Shown: one piece after another, positions 49,998 to 60,127 of the stretch | Position numbering within the stretch: position 1 is the stretch's first letter | Layout of the letters: each line of letters begins with the position of its first letter | Origin: Chitinophaga pinensis | GTDB taxonomy: Bacteria > Bacteroidota > Bacteroidia > Bacteroidales > GCA-2748055 | DNA: 64,000 nt | NCBI GenBank assembly: GCA_945863035.1 | Contig: CAMAZH010000004.1 | Location: 7,313-71,312 of the forward strand | Direction: 5' to 3' | Notes under the pieces: generated by a model | Told to the model about the DNA's origin: nothing | Database searches by the model: none | What the model saw: the letters and a program-made list of their open reading frames with translations, nothing else | Program-made: the position numbers and the translations under genes

Positions 49998-51842
49998 CTA
50001 ATTCGCCTTTAATTGTTCAGGTACAGGAACTTCCTCGATTAACAGAAGCGCTCCTCCAAGCTCAAGAATCCGGAACTCAACTCTTCTGTTAAACTTGCGG
50101 CCTTCAAGAGCATCCTTACCATCAGGGAAATTATTGATAGCGATGTTTTCGGATTCGCTGAAGCCTTTTAATTTAAGCCTGTCTGTGCTGATCCCCTTAG
50201 CGATGAGGTAATCGTTTACCGCCTTGGCACGTTTTTCGGAGAGCATCTGATTGTATGCGTAATCACCCAAAGCATCGGTGTAACCTCTGACCTCAAGGCT
50301 TAGAAGCGGGTAATCGTTAAGAGCCTTCGCCAACTCATCGAGTTTTTCTTTTGCTGTCTCAGTCAGGGAATAGCTGTCAAAACCAAAGAACACCGGCTTG
50401 ATGAAATATTTGAATGATGGGGCTTTGGGTTCTGCCACAGCAACAACTTCTTCAACAACAGGTTTCTTTTCGGGCACAACCTCGGCAACAACCTCTTCAA
50501 CAAGGGGCGTTTCCACAACAGGGGTTTCAATAACGGGCTGAACAGCGGCAACTGTCTCGTCTTGGGGTAATACCTTAATATAATAGAGGTCGCCTTCCCC
50601 AAAGCCGCTTGCATCATAAAGTGTAAGATATCCTCCCTTTTGTTGGTTGTCGGGGAAGAAAAAGAGTTCGTCGTCGGTGGTGTTTATCGGGTAAGGTAAG
50701 GCCTGCGGTGCTGACCATGATTTGTTGTCCTGCAGCTCCGAGAAAAAAACATCGTATCCTCCAATGGTTGAGTGGCCCTGGGACGAGAAGTACAAGGTTT
50801 TTCCATCTGCGCAGATAAATGGGGTTTCCTCATTGAGAGGAGTGTTGATGCTGGTACCCAAATTTACAGGGGTGGACCAATCCCCGGATTCGGAAAGTGA
50901 GGAGCTGTAAATATCCATTCCTCCTGATCCTCCAGTGCGGTTACTTGTAAAAAACAGCGTTTTACCATCGGGGGAGATGGAAGCGTGCGATTCGAAAAAT
51001 TTGGTGTTTATGTTCTTGCCCAGCGATCTGGAGGGATTCCATCGCCCCATGCTGTAGTCGCTGACAAGGATGTCGCCGTCGAAGTTGTTGATTCTTACAA
51101 GGAACAACTGCGAGCCATCGAAGGAAAGTGACGAAACATACTGGTTTCCGTCCGATTCAATCTGTGGGGTGATATTAATCGGGTTCGACCAGTTCCCGTT
51201 GATCTTTTTAACGAAAAAAGCTGCGTCATAAAATTTCTGGGCAGTCATGAAGGCCATAGAATTCTCATCCCCAGCGAGTACTCCCTGAAAGTTGTTCAAA
51301 CTGGTATTAAAACGTTTGCCCATATTTTCCTTGAAAATCGGGGATGGGTTTTTGATGGCGAGCTTAGCCCGGTTGCACGATTCAATCTGCTGGTTGGCAT
51401 ATTCGATGTCGGCAGGGCTTGGCTTAACAGCTGAGTTTATAAACGCATTGTACGATTCGATGGCTTTATCAAGCTGATTATCGATTCGGTAAGCGTTTCC
51501 AAGGTAGAGCAAGGCGTCAGCCGGCGCAAAAACCTCGTTATAGCTCCCTTCCTTATAATTTTCGGAGACATTGGTGGAGGCCTTCTCCAAATATGGGATG
51601 GCTTTTTCCTTTTGGCCGGGTATGTTCAGATAGCAAACCCCGATCCGGTAATTAATATTTGAGTTATCCTGAAAGCCTGCATTATATACTTTTTGGAAAG
51701 AAAACAAAGCTTCTGAATAATCTTCTTCCGCTAGAAAGAATTCCGCATCAAAAAAATCTTCCCTTACCAGGTCTTTTTGAGCGCTTACATAAAGAAACCC
51801 GCTAAGGATAAAGAATAAGAGAATGGATACACGTTTTTTCAT
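49998..51842 (-). CDS. TPR + PD40 + OmpA-like peptidoglycan-binding protein (PorE-like)
   Basis: Signal peptide, PD40 repeats, Val/Glu/Pro linker, FGFDS, GYTD..G...YN..LSEKRA, NRRVEF; TAAATTTG box at 51867-51874 (minus). Confidence 0.88.
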   Translation of the reverse strand: MKKRVSILLFFILSGFLYVSAQKDLVREDFFDAEFFLAEEDYSEALFSFQKVYNAGFQDNSNINYRIGVCYLNIPGQKEKAIPYLEKASTNVSENYKEGSYNEVFAPADALLYLGNAYRIDNQLDKAIESYNAFINSAVKPSPADIEYANQQIESCNRAKLAIKNPSPIFKENMGKRFNTSLNNFQGVLAGDENSMAFMTAQKFYDAAFFVKKINGNWSNPINITPQIESDGNQYVSSLSFDGSQLFLVRINNFDGDILVSDYSMGRWNPSRSLGKNINTKFFESHASISPDGKTLFFTSNRTGGSGGMDIYSSSLSESGDWSTPVNLGTSINTPLNEETPFICADGKTLYFSSQGHSTIGGYDVFFSELQDNKSWSAPQALPYPINTTDDELFFFPDNQQKGGYLTLYDASGFGEGDLYYIKVLPQDETVAAVQPVIETPVVETPLVEEVVAEVVPEKKPVVEEVVAVAEPKAPSFKYFIKPVFFGFDSYSLTETAKEKLDELAKALNDYPLLSLEVRGYTDALGDYAYNQMLSEKRAKAVNDYLIAKGISTDRLKLKGFSESENIAINNFPDGKDALEGRKFNRRVEFRILELGGALLLIEEVPVPEQLKAN

Positions 51843-52205
51843 AGTGCAGAGCTTTTGGTCAGTTACCAAATTTAGTAATTATCACGTTACAAATGAAAAA
51901 TTATCATTTTTATTATTAAAGGGCCTTGCCCGATTTGTTCATCATAAGGGTTTTTTACCGCATCCGATTTGCTTTTTTAGGGCTGTCGCTGTAAAAAATC
52001 AGACGGCTCGCATTGTTGGTTTAGTGAGAACCGGCGTTGCAAAACACTCTTTATCAATCGGATAATGCCTAGCTAACAGGACTTGCACATAACTTTAGCG
52101 CCCTGATAACATTAAGACAAGAATACTGTTGAAAAATATTATTAATATTTGTATGTTTCTTCTCAAATCTTTTTCTTTCCCTTCGTTACAAGCCTACCCA
52201 AGTCA

Positions 52206-52240
52206 AAATCAAAGGCCTGAAGAATGCCTCCAGGGATTTT
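52206..52240 (-). terminator. Probable intrinsic terminator of the 1369-aa gene
   Basis: Minus strand CCTGGAG-GCATT-CTTCAGG followed by CCTTTGATTTT. Confidence 0.45.
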
Positions 52241-52243
52241 CAT

Positions 52244-55200
52244 CTAAGCTTCTGTCTGTTCTTTCTTTTTCTTTCTGCGAAAAAGGATAATAAGGATGAT
52301 GATAATACCGGTTAAGCCAATGGCTCCGAAACCAAACAATTTTCCCTTACCGGTGGGACGTTGAACGGAGGGTCCCTGTTCCGCCAACATCTCATTGCGG
52401 GCTTTGTCTTCCCCGGAGATAAGCAATTGGAGAATTGCATTCCAGACATCTTCCATGCTGTAGCCGAATTCAGCAGCATGTTCTGCCAGATATTTCATGA
52501 GATCCTCAATGCTTCTAATCCCTTCTTTCTCAAGATCAAGCTGATCGAGTAAGCGAGCTAAGCCCACACTTGCGAACTCCCTGAGATTGGCAATGAAGTC
52601 TTCCAGTTTTGCCCTGCCCAGCACCTTATCGATTAATTTGAAAACGTCCTCTTCGGAATAACCGTTTGCCGATGCATTATTTAACAGGTATTCAATCAAA
52701 CCCGAAACGGAGGTGATACCCGTTTCCTTCAGGTCGATATTCTGAAGGAATTCTTTAAGCGCACCGTCTGAATTTTCGATTAGCTTACCGAGAAATTTAT
52801 TCAGCGAGTTATCTGCAAGATATGTCGAAAATAACTTGTTGATTTCCGAGGCCGAAAGTTTTTTGTTTGTTGCCGACTCAGCAAGAAGGTAATCATAAAG
52901 ATCAGCTGCGGATCGAAATTCCTTAACAGGAAGTTTTGTTGAGTTGAGGATTTTATTCAGTTCGCCGAGAGAACCCGATTGCAGTGCCGGAAGAATGTCT
53001 GCTAAACGGGTATCGGTGGCTTTGAGCAACAGCCGAATCATGTTCTCTTCCTTAACGACTCCTTCGGAAGCTTTTTTCAGAAGATAGGATATGAGCTCGG
53101 AGCGATCATCAATGCCGTTAGCCTTCAAGTCCAACTTTTCAAGGTACACCTTGGTTTCTGGATCTGCCAAACGGATGAGCTTTTTAAGAAGCAGCTCAAG
53201 GTCGGTTGCAGCCGTGTAATCCTCTAAAAGTTTGTAAACATCGCCTTTTGTGTAACCAAGTTGATCTGCATTATCAAGAAGATAGCGAATAAGTTCATCG
53301 AATGATTTTATTCCTTCCTTCTCCAAATCCAGGTTTTCAAGAGTTTTTTTCAGGTTTCCGTCTGAATAAAGAATCAGCCGGTCGACAACGTCTTCAAGGT
53401 CACCCGAATATGCGAGTTTTAACAATACGTTGTTGATATCGTCCTGTGTGAAGCCGTTTCTTTCTGCCTCGGATTTCAGGTAGTCGATAAACTCCTCCCT
53501 TGACCCAAAAGAATGCTCGTTAAGATTGGTCTTCTCAAGAAACGTCTTCAAATTGCCTGTTGCGAGCGCAGCCATTTTTTGACGCAGATCTTCGATTTCA
53601 GCGATTTGGTTATATGTGTATTTTTGCAGCAGACTGTCGACTTCTTCGCTGGTGTAACCTTTCAAATCTGCATTTGCATAGATATGCGAGATTAACTCTT
53701 CGGCCGTGTAAATGTTTTCCTTCTGAAGGTCGATACTTGTAAGGAAATCTTTCAGAGCTCCCTCTTCGGATAAGGCAATAAGTTTGCCCAGAACTTCCGA
53801 TGCATCCCTGCTGACGGCCAGATTTGTCAAGGCACCAAGCACTTCAGCCTCCGTAAAAGCTTTACTGCTTGCATTGCGATACAGAGAAACGGCAAAATCC
53901 TGAGGGCTGCCGGGGGTGAGAGTCGACAAATCCAACCTTTTCAGATGCGATTTGAGTTCTCCCTCATCAGCCGAATGAATCAACTTGTTGATAAACAGAT
54001 TTTGATCGTTACTGCCATTTGATCCAACAGTTGAAAGGGCTTTTACAACATCCTCACTGGTATAGTTGTTTACATTGGAGTTCCTGACCAGATAATCCAC
54101 TGCCTGGTATGGGGTGTTGATAGCATTCGATTTGGTATCAAGTGCGGAAATGACGGTTTTCAGGTTTCCTTCCGAAGCGTTTTTCAGGTGTGCGAGAAAC
54201 TCTTCAAGATCTTTTTTGCTAATCATCTCCGTATACAAGCGATCAACATCCTGGGCACTGTAACCGAGTTTCTCCGCATTATCGTAAAGGTATTTGAATA
54301 GCTCAGTTGTGTTGGTGATGCCTTCCTTTTGCAGATCCAGGTTTTGCAAAACCTCCTTTAAGCGGCCATCTGCACGGCTGGCCAAATCATTTGTCAGAGC
54401 GTTAATGTTGTCCTGGGCAGGTTCCTTCGCATCCTTTTCCAACTCCGGGTTATCATCATCTGAGACTTTAGCCGGTGCGGTCTGATTCGAATCCTTGCCA
54501 TTGTTGTAGATAACGGTTGCGGTTTTCGTAACCCGATTGCCATCGGGATCAGTGAGACTAAACTCAATTTGGTTGGTACCGGGTTTGGGTCTGAATTCAA
54601 AGCTCTGATTGCGTCTGTCGACTTTTACCGTATCGATTTTTATCAATACGGAATCGAGATATTGCTTAACCACAATCACAGATCCCTTTTCAGCTTCATA
54701 ATCGAGTTTTACTGTTTTCCCTTTTGAAACCGTAATGAGGGAATCTTTGAGTATGAGCAACTTGTTAAGTTCGTCCTGCGACAGTTTTGCCACTACGGGA
54801 ATCAACTTAATCTGTTCGCTTAGCGTAATGCCCGAATGGGGTGTGTTCGGACTTACTTCGAGTGATTTGATCAATCGTTCAAACCGTTCGCTGTCGAAAA
54901 CCATGGAGTATTTACCCGCAGGGACGCTGAAATTGAACTTGCCCTGCTCATTGGGGTGAACCATTGCCAGGGTATCGCCTGAGCTTTGGCTTATTACGTT
55001 TATTGCGATTTCCTTACCGTCGATTTTCTGTCCCGAATAATTCAAGATGCCGCTGATGTCATACCTTCTGGGGTGGTCGGCTGTATAAACCTTGTAGCGG
55101 TAGATATCGTGCCTGCCATAACCGGTTTCCTTATAAACCGGGAAATATGCGATCTCGCCATCCCTGACCGGGCAAAAGAAAATATCGTCATCGGTAGTGT

Positions 55201-56353
55201 TCACGGGATATCCCATATTCAGAGGGGAAGCCCAGGTGTTGTCGGATTTCAGGGCAGTCATGAAAACATCATACCCTCCCATGTTGTAATGTCCGTAGGA
55301 AGAATAGAAAAGTCTGCGGCCATTCTCGGTAATGAAAGGACATTCCTCGTTATATGCGGAATTGACCAACGGTCCAAGGTTTTCTGCAGGACCCCAGTCC
55401 CCGTTTTCCTGTTTTTTGGATTTATAGATATCCAAACCACCGAATCCACCCTTTCGGTTACTTGTGAAATAGAGGGTGTTGCCGTCTTTTGTGATGGAAG
55501 CGTGCGACTCCCAGTATTTTGTGTTGATGTTCTCGTTTAACTTTACCAGGGGAGTCCAGAGCCCGTTGACAAGCTTGGAACTGTATAGATTCCCAATAAA
55601 ATCGTCGTTCCTGTAAACAAAAAGGGATGTGCCGTCATAGGAAAGCCCTGTGGGATAAACGTCCCCGTCAACGCCCAGTTCGGGGGTGATGTTCCTCGGG
55701 GGAGTCCATGCACCGTTTATGTTTTCGGTATAAAAAACGGCATCGTAGAACTGTAACTTGGAGATGAACACCATTTTTGTTTCGTCACCCGAAACGGCTG
55801 GGTTTTTGTCAGCAAAGCGGGTATTAACCTGGTTGGACAGCAATTCCACATCCATATCAATCGGCTTTTTCATGAGCTTTTCTGCAGCATCGCAGGCAGC
55901 CAGCTGTTCGAGTACCAATTGATCGTCGTAAATTTCGCTATCCATCTGCGACTGAAACTTCTTATACGATTCGCGGGCTTTATCCAGTTCATTGTTAACG
56001 CGATATGCGTTTCCCAGAAAAAAAAGCGCTTCGAGAGGAGCTCCCAATTCCTTGTAATTGCTTTCCTTATATTTTGTGTTGATATTTTTTGCCGCTTTTT
56101 CGAGGTAGAACAGCGATTTGTCCTTTTCGTAGGCATTATTCAGATAACACACACCGATTTTGTAGTAAATGTTATAATTGTCGGGATAGGTCCTGTGCAT
56201 CCGCAGGTACAAGGGCAATGCCTCATCGAATTCCTCAAACAAATAGTAGGATTCGGCAGCAAGGAAGACCTGCTTCATATCCATGGTTTGCTGGCTAAAT
56301 ACCGGAAGCAGGAGGCTGAAATAGAAAAATATCAGGCTTATTGTTTTTTTCAT
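52244..56353 (-). CDS. 1369-aa secreted TPR + PD40 + beta-sandwich + 10x helical repeat protein with C-terminal TM anchor
   Basis: Signal peptide, TPR/PD40 paralogous to neighbours, FSVPAGKYSM carboxypeptidase-regulatory-like strand, ~66-aa repeats, TM + RRKKKK. Confidence 0.88.
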   Translation of the reverse strand: MKKTISLIFFYFSLLLPVFSQQTMDMKQVFLAAESYYLFEEFDEALPLYLRMHRTYPDNYNIYYKIGVCYLNNAYEKDKSLFYLEKAAKNINTKYKESNYKELGAPLEALFFLGNAYRVNNELDKARESYKKFQSQMDSEIYDDQLVLEQLAACDAAEKLMKKPIDMDVELLSNQVNTRFADKNPAVSGDETKMVFISKLQFYDAVFYTENINGAWTPPRNITPELGVDGDVYPTGLSYDGTSLFVYRNDDFIGNLYSSKLVNGLWTPLVKLNENINTKYWESHASITKDGNTLYFTSNRKGGFGGLDIYKSKKQENGDWGPAENLGPLVNSAYNEECPFITENGRRLFYSSYGHYNMGGYDVFMTALKSDNTWASPLNMGYPVNTTDDDIFFCPVRDGEIAYFPVYKETGYGRHDIYRYKVYTADHPRRYDISGILNYSGQKIDGKEIAINVISQSSGDTLAMVHPNEQGKFNFSVPAGKYSMVFDSERFERLIKSLEVSPNTPHSGITLSEQIKLIPVVAKLSQDELNKLLILKDSLITVSKGKTVKLDYEAEKGSVIVVKQYLDSVLIKIDTVKVDRRNQSFEFRPKPGTNQIEFSLTDPDGNRVTKTATVIYNNGKDSNQTAPAKVSDDDNPELEKDAKEPAQDNINALTNDLASRADGRLKEVLQNLDLQKEGITNTTELFKYLYDNAEKLGYSAQDVDRLYTEMISKKDLEEFLAHLKNASEGNLKTVISALDTKSNAINTPYQAVDYLVRNSNVNNYTSEDVVKALSTVGSNGSNDQNLFINKLIHSADEGELKSHLKRLDLSTLTPGSPQDFAVSLYRNASSKAFTEAEVLGALTNLAVSRDASEVLGKLIALSEEGALKDFLTSIDLQKENIYTAEELISHIYANADLKGYTSEEVDSLLQKYTYNQIAEIEDLRQKMAALATGNLKTFLEKTNLNEHSFGSREEFIDYLKSEAERNGFTQDDINNVLLKLAYSGDLEDVVDRLILYSDGNLKKTLENLDLEKEGIKSFDELIRYLLDNADQLGYTKGDVYKLLEDYTAATDLELLLKKLIRLADPETKVYLEKLDLKANGIDDRSELISYLLKKASEGVVKEENMIRLLLKATDTRLADILPALQSGSLGELNKILNSTKLPVKEFRSAADLYDYLLAESATNKKLSASEINKLFSTYLADNSLNKFLGKLIENSDGALKEFLQNIDLKETGITSVSGLIEYLLNNASANGYSEEDVFKLIDKVLGRAKLEDFIANLREFASVGLARLLDQLDLEKEGIRSIEDLMKYLAEHAAEFGYSMEDVWNAILQLLISGEDKARNEMLAEQGPSVQRPTGKGKLFGFGAIGLTGIIIILIILFRRKKKKEQTEA

Positions 56354-56432
56354 AATTATTGATTCACTAGTCTTTACTCCAGGTTATTGAACCGGATGCT
56401 TTTTTTAAAAAAAGAGAGCAAAACCGCATATA

Positions 56433-56440
56433 CAAATGTA
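56433..56440 (-). promoter_or_regulatory. -7 box TACATTTG of the 1369-aa gene
   Basis: TAnnTTTG on the minus strand 80 nt before the ATG. Confidence 0.5.
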
Positions 56441-56580
56441 AAAAAATATGTTATATGTTTTTGGTAATATTATGCACAGAACATTCTACCCTTGCATATT
56501 TTGACCTATCAGCAATCAATCATTGTCAAAACACGTTTTTTGTCGATTAAATATTCAAGCTTTAGGATGCTGTTTTTGAT

Positions 56581-58518
56581 TCAAGCCGAAAAAACGCTCC
56601 TCCAGAAAATCGAAAAATCAACATTCAGTTTGTAATCCCTGGCATATTCAATATTCAGTTTTTCTTTGGTGTCCTGATCCGGGTCGCGAAGACCTGCGGA
56701 AGGATCAAATATTCCCTTTTTTAATAAAGGCAAGCCGGTAAGATCTGTGCCTCCGCAATACCCCACCCATGTTTTTGACGACGCTAAAACCTGTGCCGCC
56801 TTTCCGATGTTTTTCCGGTATCCCTTTATAAAGGGGAGCAGAAAAGGCCAGGTAATCATAAACATAAACGAAACCCCAATATCGAAAAGCCTTTTGCTGC
56901 GCCTGTTGCGGCCCTTATCGATGGAGTTGAAATTTATCATGTAAAGATCACCGGCGGTATTTATTGAGTTGCTTCCGATTATACTCAGGCTTTCCGGGGG
57001 CGCAATTTTATACTCTACCGGAGTTCCTGTCACATCGGCCATAATCCGGATAATTTCGCGGGATGCCATATCTTTTGCACAGAATACGATTTCGTCGATC
57101 TTGTGGATTTTAACGATTTCTGCGAGCTGACCGGTATTTCCCAGATACGCGTAATCATCAGATGCGAGAGGTGATACAAAACCGGCAATGTCGGGAACGA
57201 TTTGTGTTTTGTGCAGCACATCGCTTACCCGCTGGGCCTCATCGCGAAACCCAACAATTATCATTCGCTTTTTCCGATTCAGGGCAAGCTCGTAATCGAT
57301 GAAACCTGCCGAGTGCAATATGAGCCTGTGGAAGACCAAGGTTAAAAGACCCCATAAGGTACCCAGAAGAATCAGCGCCCTCGAAAACCGGTAGGCTTCG
57401 GGTAAAAGGGCATAAAGCACCAGGATTATTACAGTCCCGATGAGATGACCGCTTATTACCTTCCATAATTTCACGGGTTTCTCATATCCCCCTGAATAAT
57501 AAATGGAAAGAAGCCAGATGAGAATATAGGAAGGAACCACAAACTGATAGAATGCCGGGGGATAATATTCCGACATATTGAACCTGAATTTTTCCCATAA
57601 GGGAACAAAAAACCAGAACCCGGCAAAAATAAGCAGAAAGTCTATCAGGGGTTGATAAACCCTTTTTACAAAGCGACGCAGAATGGCAAGGCCTGCCCGA
57701 AAATAAATTGCGAGGTTAATGAGTCTGGAAAAAGCCCGGGCATTCTTTTTCGAGAAGTGCTTCCGTGCGAAGATGAGCATGGCGTTGTAAAACACAATAA
57801 CATAGTTGATGCTGCCTTTTTTTGTGCTTTCTCCCTTGTAGTGTATTATGGTGGTTTTGGGGAAATAGTAGTTTTTATAACCTTCTTTTATCATCCGGTA
57901 AGAAAGGTCGATGTCCTCCCCGTACATAAAGAAATCCTCATCGAGCAGACCTGTTTTCTTCAAGGCCTCTGTGCGCAGAAACATAAAAGCTCCCGAAAGA
58001 ATTTCCACGGTATGCGTCTCATCCTGATCGAGGTACCCGAGGTGGTATTGTCCGAATATTTTCGATTTGGGAAAAATTCTCGCAAAACCGAAAATTTTGT
58101 AAAAGGCAACGGCGGGCGTTGGAAGAGCCCTTTTTGATTCGGGAAGGAATTTGCCTTTCCCGTCGATCATCTTCACCCCCAAGGCTCCGGCATCCGGGTG
58201 CTCATCCATAAAGGAGATGCACTTTTTGAAGGTGTCTTCCTCAATAACAGTGTCGGGGTTTAAAAGCAAACAATATTTTCCTTTTGCAATGCGCAGCGCC
58301 TGGTTGTTTGCCTTGCTAAAGCCCTCATTGTGCTTGTTTTCAATGAGCTTTACCCAGGGGAATTTCTCATGGATCATTGCGCAGGATCCGTCGACCGAGT
58401 TGTTGTCAACAACAAACACTTCCGCTTCAAACTGTCTGGATGCATTGGCAACTGCATGAAGGCACTGTTCCAGGAAATATTTGACGTTGTAGTTTACTAT
58501 GACAACTGAAAGATCCAT
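56581..58518 (-). CDS. GT2 glycosyltransferase fused to TM and sugar-transferase-like Rossmann domain
   Basis: VVDNNSVDGS, LLLNPD, FFMYGEDID, HYKGEST; TM block; IDEIVFC. Confidence 0.88.
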   Translation of the reverse strand: MDLSVVIVNYNVKYFLEQCLHAVANASRQFEAEVFVVDNNSVDGSCAMIHEKFPWVKLIENKHNEGFSKANNQALRIAKGKYCLLLNPDTVIEEDTFKKCISFMDEHPDAGALGVKMIDGKGKFLPESKRALPTPAVAFYKIFGFARIFPKSKIFGQYHLGYLDQDETHTVEILSGAFMFLRTEALKKTGLLDEDFFMYGEDIDLSYRMIKEGYKNYYFPKTTIIHYKGESTKKGSINYVIVFYNAMLIFARKHFSKKNARAFSRLINLAIYFRAGLAILRRFVKRVYQPLIDFLLIFAGFWFFVPLWEKFRFNMSEYYPPAFYQFVVPSYILIWLLSIYYSGGYEKPVKLWKVISGHLIGTVIILVLYALLPEAYRFSRALILLGTLWGLLTLVFHRLILHSAGFIDYELALNRKKRMIIVGFRDEAQRVSDVLHKTQIVPDIAGFVSPLASDDYAYLGNTGQLAEIVKIHKIDEIVFCAKDMASREIIRIMADVTGTPVEYKIAPPESLSIIGSNSINTAGDLYMINFNSIDKGRNRRSKRLFDIGVSFMFMITWPFLLPFIKGYRKNIGKAAQVLASSKTWVGYCGGTDLTGLPLLKKGIFDPSAGLRDPDQDTKEKLNIEYARDYKLNVDFSIFWRSVFSA

Positions 58519-58679
58519 TCGATAGCTTAGTAAAAAACCTAAAAGTAAGTAAAATATTTCTTAGTAGTTCAATTTTGACGGATTACCCCGCCCTATAGGG
58601 AGCGGGCAGAAAAATCATCATGATCCCTTTAGGGATTTTTGATAAAAACAGGTTAGTTTTTCTAATTTGTCAAAGTGGA

Positions 58680-58814
58680 ATTAGCTAATTTTCAAATACC
58701 TAATTGCCTCATTTTCAAATTATCTAATTTACTAATTTTCAAATTACTTCATTTTCAAATTACTTCATTTTCAAATTAACTAATTTTCAAATTGCCTCAT
58801 TTTCAAATTATCTC
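58680..58814. repeat. Octamer/16-mer tandem array (ATTTTCAA alternating with ATTRCYTC-type), ~17 units
   Basis: ATTTTCAA at 58688, 58711, 58735, 58751, 58767, 58783, 58799. Confidence 0.9.
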
Positions 58815-58818
58815 CGAC

Positions 58819-60057
58819 TTAAAGTCCTTCCGGCACAATGACCTGGTTGCGCAGCAGATCGTCGAAATCCTCCCTCTTGCGGATCAGGTAGTCTTTTCCC
58901 TCGTGAACCATTATTTCGGCAGGGCGGTAGCGGGAGTTATAGTTCGACGACATGGCAAAACAATAGGCTCCGGCGTTGCGGAACATAAGAATGTCGCCCT
59001 CGGAAACCTCTGTTAACTTGCGGTTCCAGCCAAAGGTATCGGTTTCGCAGATATAGCCCACCACAGTGTAAATGCGTGTTTTCCCTTCGGGTTTCGAAAC
59101 ATTGATAATATGGTGGTACGCGTCGTAGAACATGGGTCTTATAAGATGATTCAGACCGGTGTCCAATCCCGCGAAAACAGTGGCCGTTGTTTGCTTGATG
59201 ACGTTAACCCTTGCCGCGAAATAGCCCGCTTCGCTAACCAGGTATTTTCCGGGCTCGAAAACCAGAGTGAGCTTTTTGCCGTAACTTTTGCAGAACTCGT
59301 TAAACTTCTGCGACAAGCTCTCCCCTAAGGATTCAATATCGGTCTCGTAATCATCGGGTTTGTAGGGAACTTTAAATCCGCTGCCAAAATCCACATATTC
59401 CAACTCCTTGAAGTTCATTGCAGAGTTAAACAGAATCTCGGCTCCCCGTAAAAAAACATCAACGTCGAGAATATCGGATCCGGTATGCATATGGATTCCC
59501 TCAACATGCATGTTGTTAGCCTCAATTACCCGCAAAACGTGAGGGAGCTGGTGAATGGAGATCCCGAATTTCGAATCGATATGCCCGGTGGAGATTTTGT
59601 TGTTTCCTCCCCCGAGAATGTGGGGGTTGATGCGTATGCAAACAGGTACTTTATTGCCGTATTTATGACCGAACTGCTCGAGGATGGAAATGTTGTCGAT
59701 GTTGATCCTTACTCCACGTTCAACACCCATTTCAATTTCTTCGAGCGAAACACAGTTGGGAGTAAATGTAATGTCTTTAGGGTTAAAACCAGCCTGAAGC
59801 CCAAGCATCACTTCCTGTATGGAAACCGCGTCAAGTCCGGCGCCCAGCGTTTTTAATATCTTGAGGATGTTGATATTGGAAAGAGCCTTGCAAGCATAGT
59901 TGATTTTTACTTTGGAACTTTTAAAAGCCGATTTCATGCGGTTGAATTGCCGCTTGATAACCGCTGTTTCATAGATGTAAAGAGGAGAATCGTATTTTTT
60001 CACAAGATCCAGAACAGGAATCCCGTCGATCAGATAAACATTATCTTTCAATTCCAT
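58819..60057 (-). CDS. lysA: Diaminopimelate decarboxylase
   Basis: YACKA PLP lysine, SKFGI, HMHTGS, EPGKY, CETD, SNYN; TATATTTG box at 60084-60091 (minus). Confidence 0.93.
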   Translation of the reverse strand: MELKDNVYLIDGIPVLDLVKKYDSPLYIYETAVIKRQFNRMKSAFKSSKVKINYACKALSNINILKILKTLGAGLDAVSIQEVMLGLQAGFNPKDITFTPNCVSLEEIEMGVERGVRINIDNISILEQFGHKYGNKVPVCIRINPHILGGGNNKISTGHIDSKFGISIHQLPHVLRVIEANNMHVEGIHMHTGSDILDVDVFLRGAEILFNSAMNFKELEYVDFGSGFKVPYKPDDYETDIESLGESLSQKFNEFCKSYGKKLTLVFEPGKYLVSEAGYFAARVNVIKQTTATVFAGLDTGLNHLIRPMFYDAYHHIINVSKPEGKTRIYTVVGYICETDTFGWNRKLTEVSEGDILMFRNAGAYCFAMSSNYNSRYRPAEIMVHEGKDYLIRKREDFDDLLRNQVIVPEGL

Positions 60058-60127
60058 GGCAATGATGTCTTTTTTTTAATGTGCAAATATAACAGAATAA
60101 ATGTGATACTGTAAGGGCATGGCGGGC

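Noticed and set aside
51875-52243. Small gene or ncRNA in the ~370-bp spacer
   Set aside because: Short ORFs lack motifs and I found no convincing structure beyond the terminator
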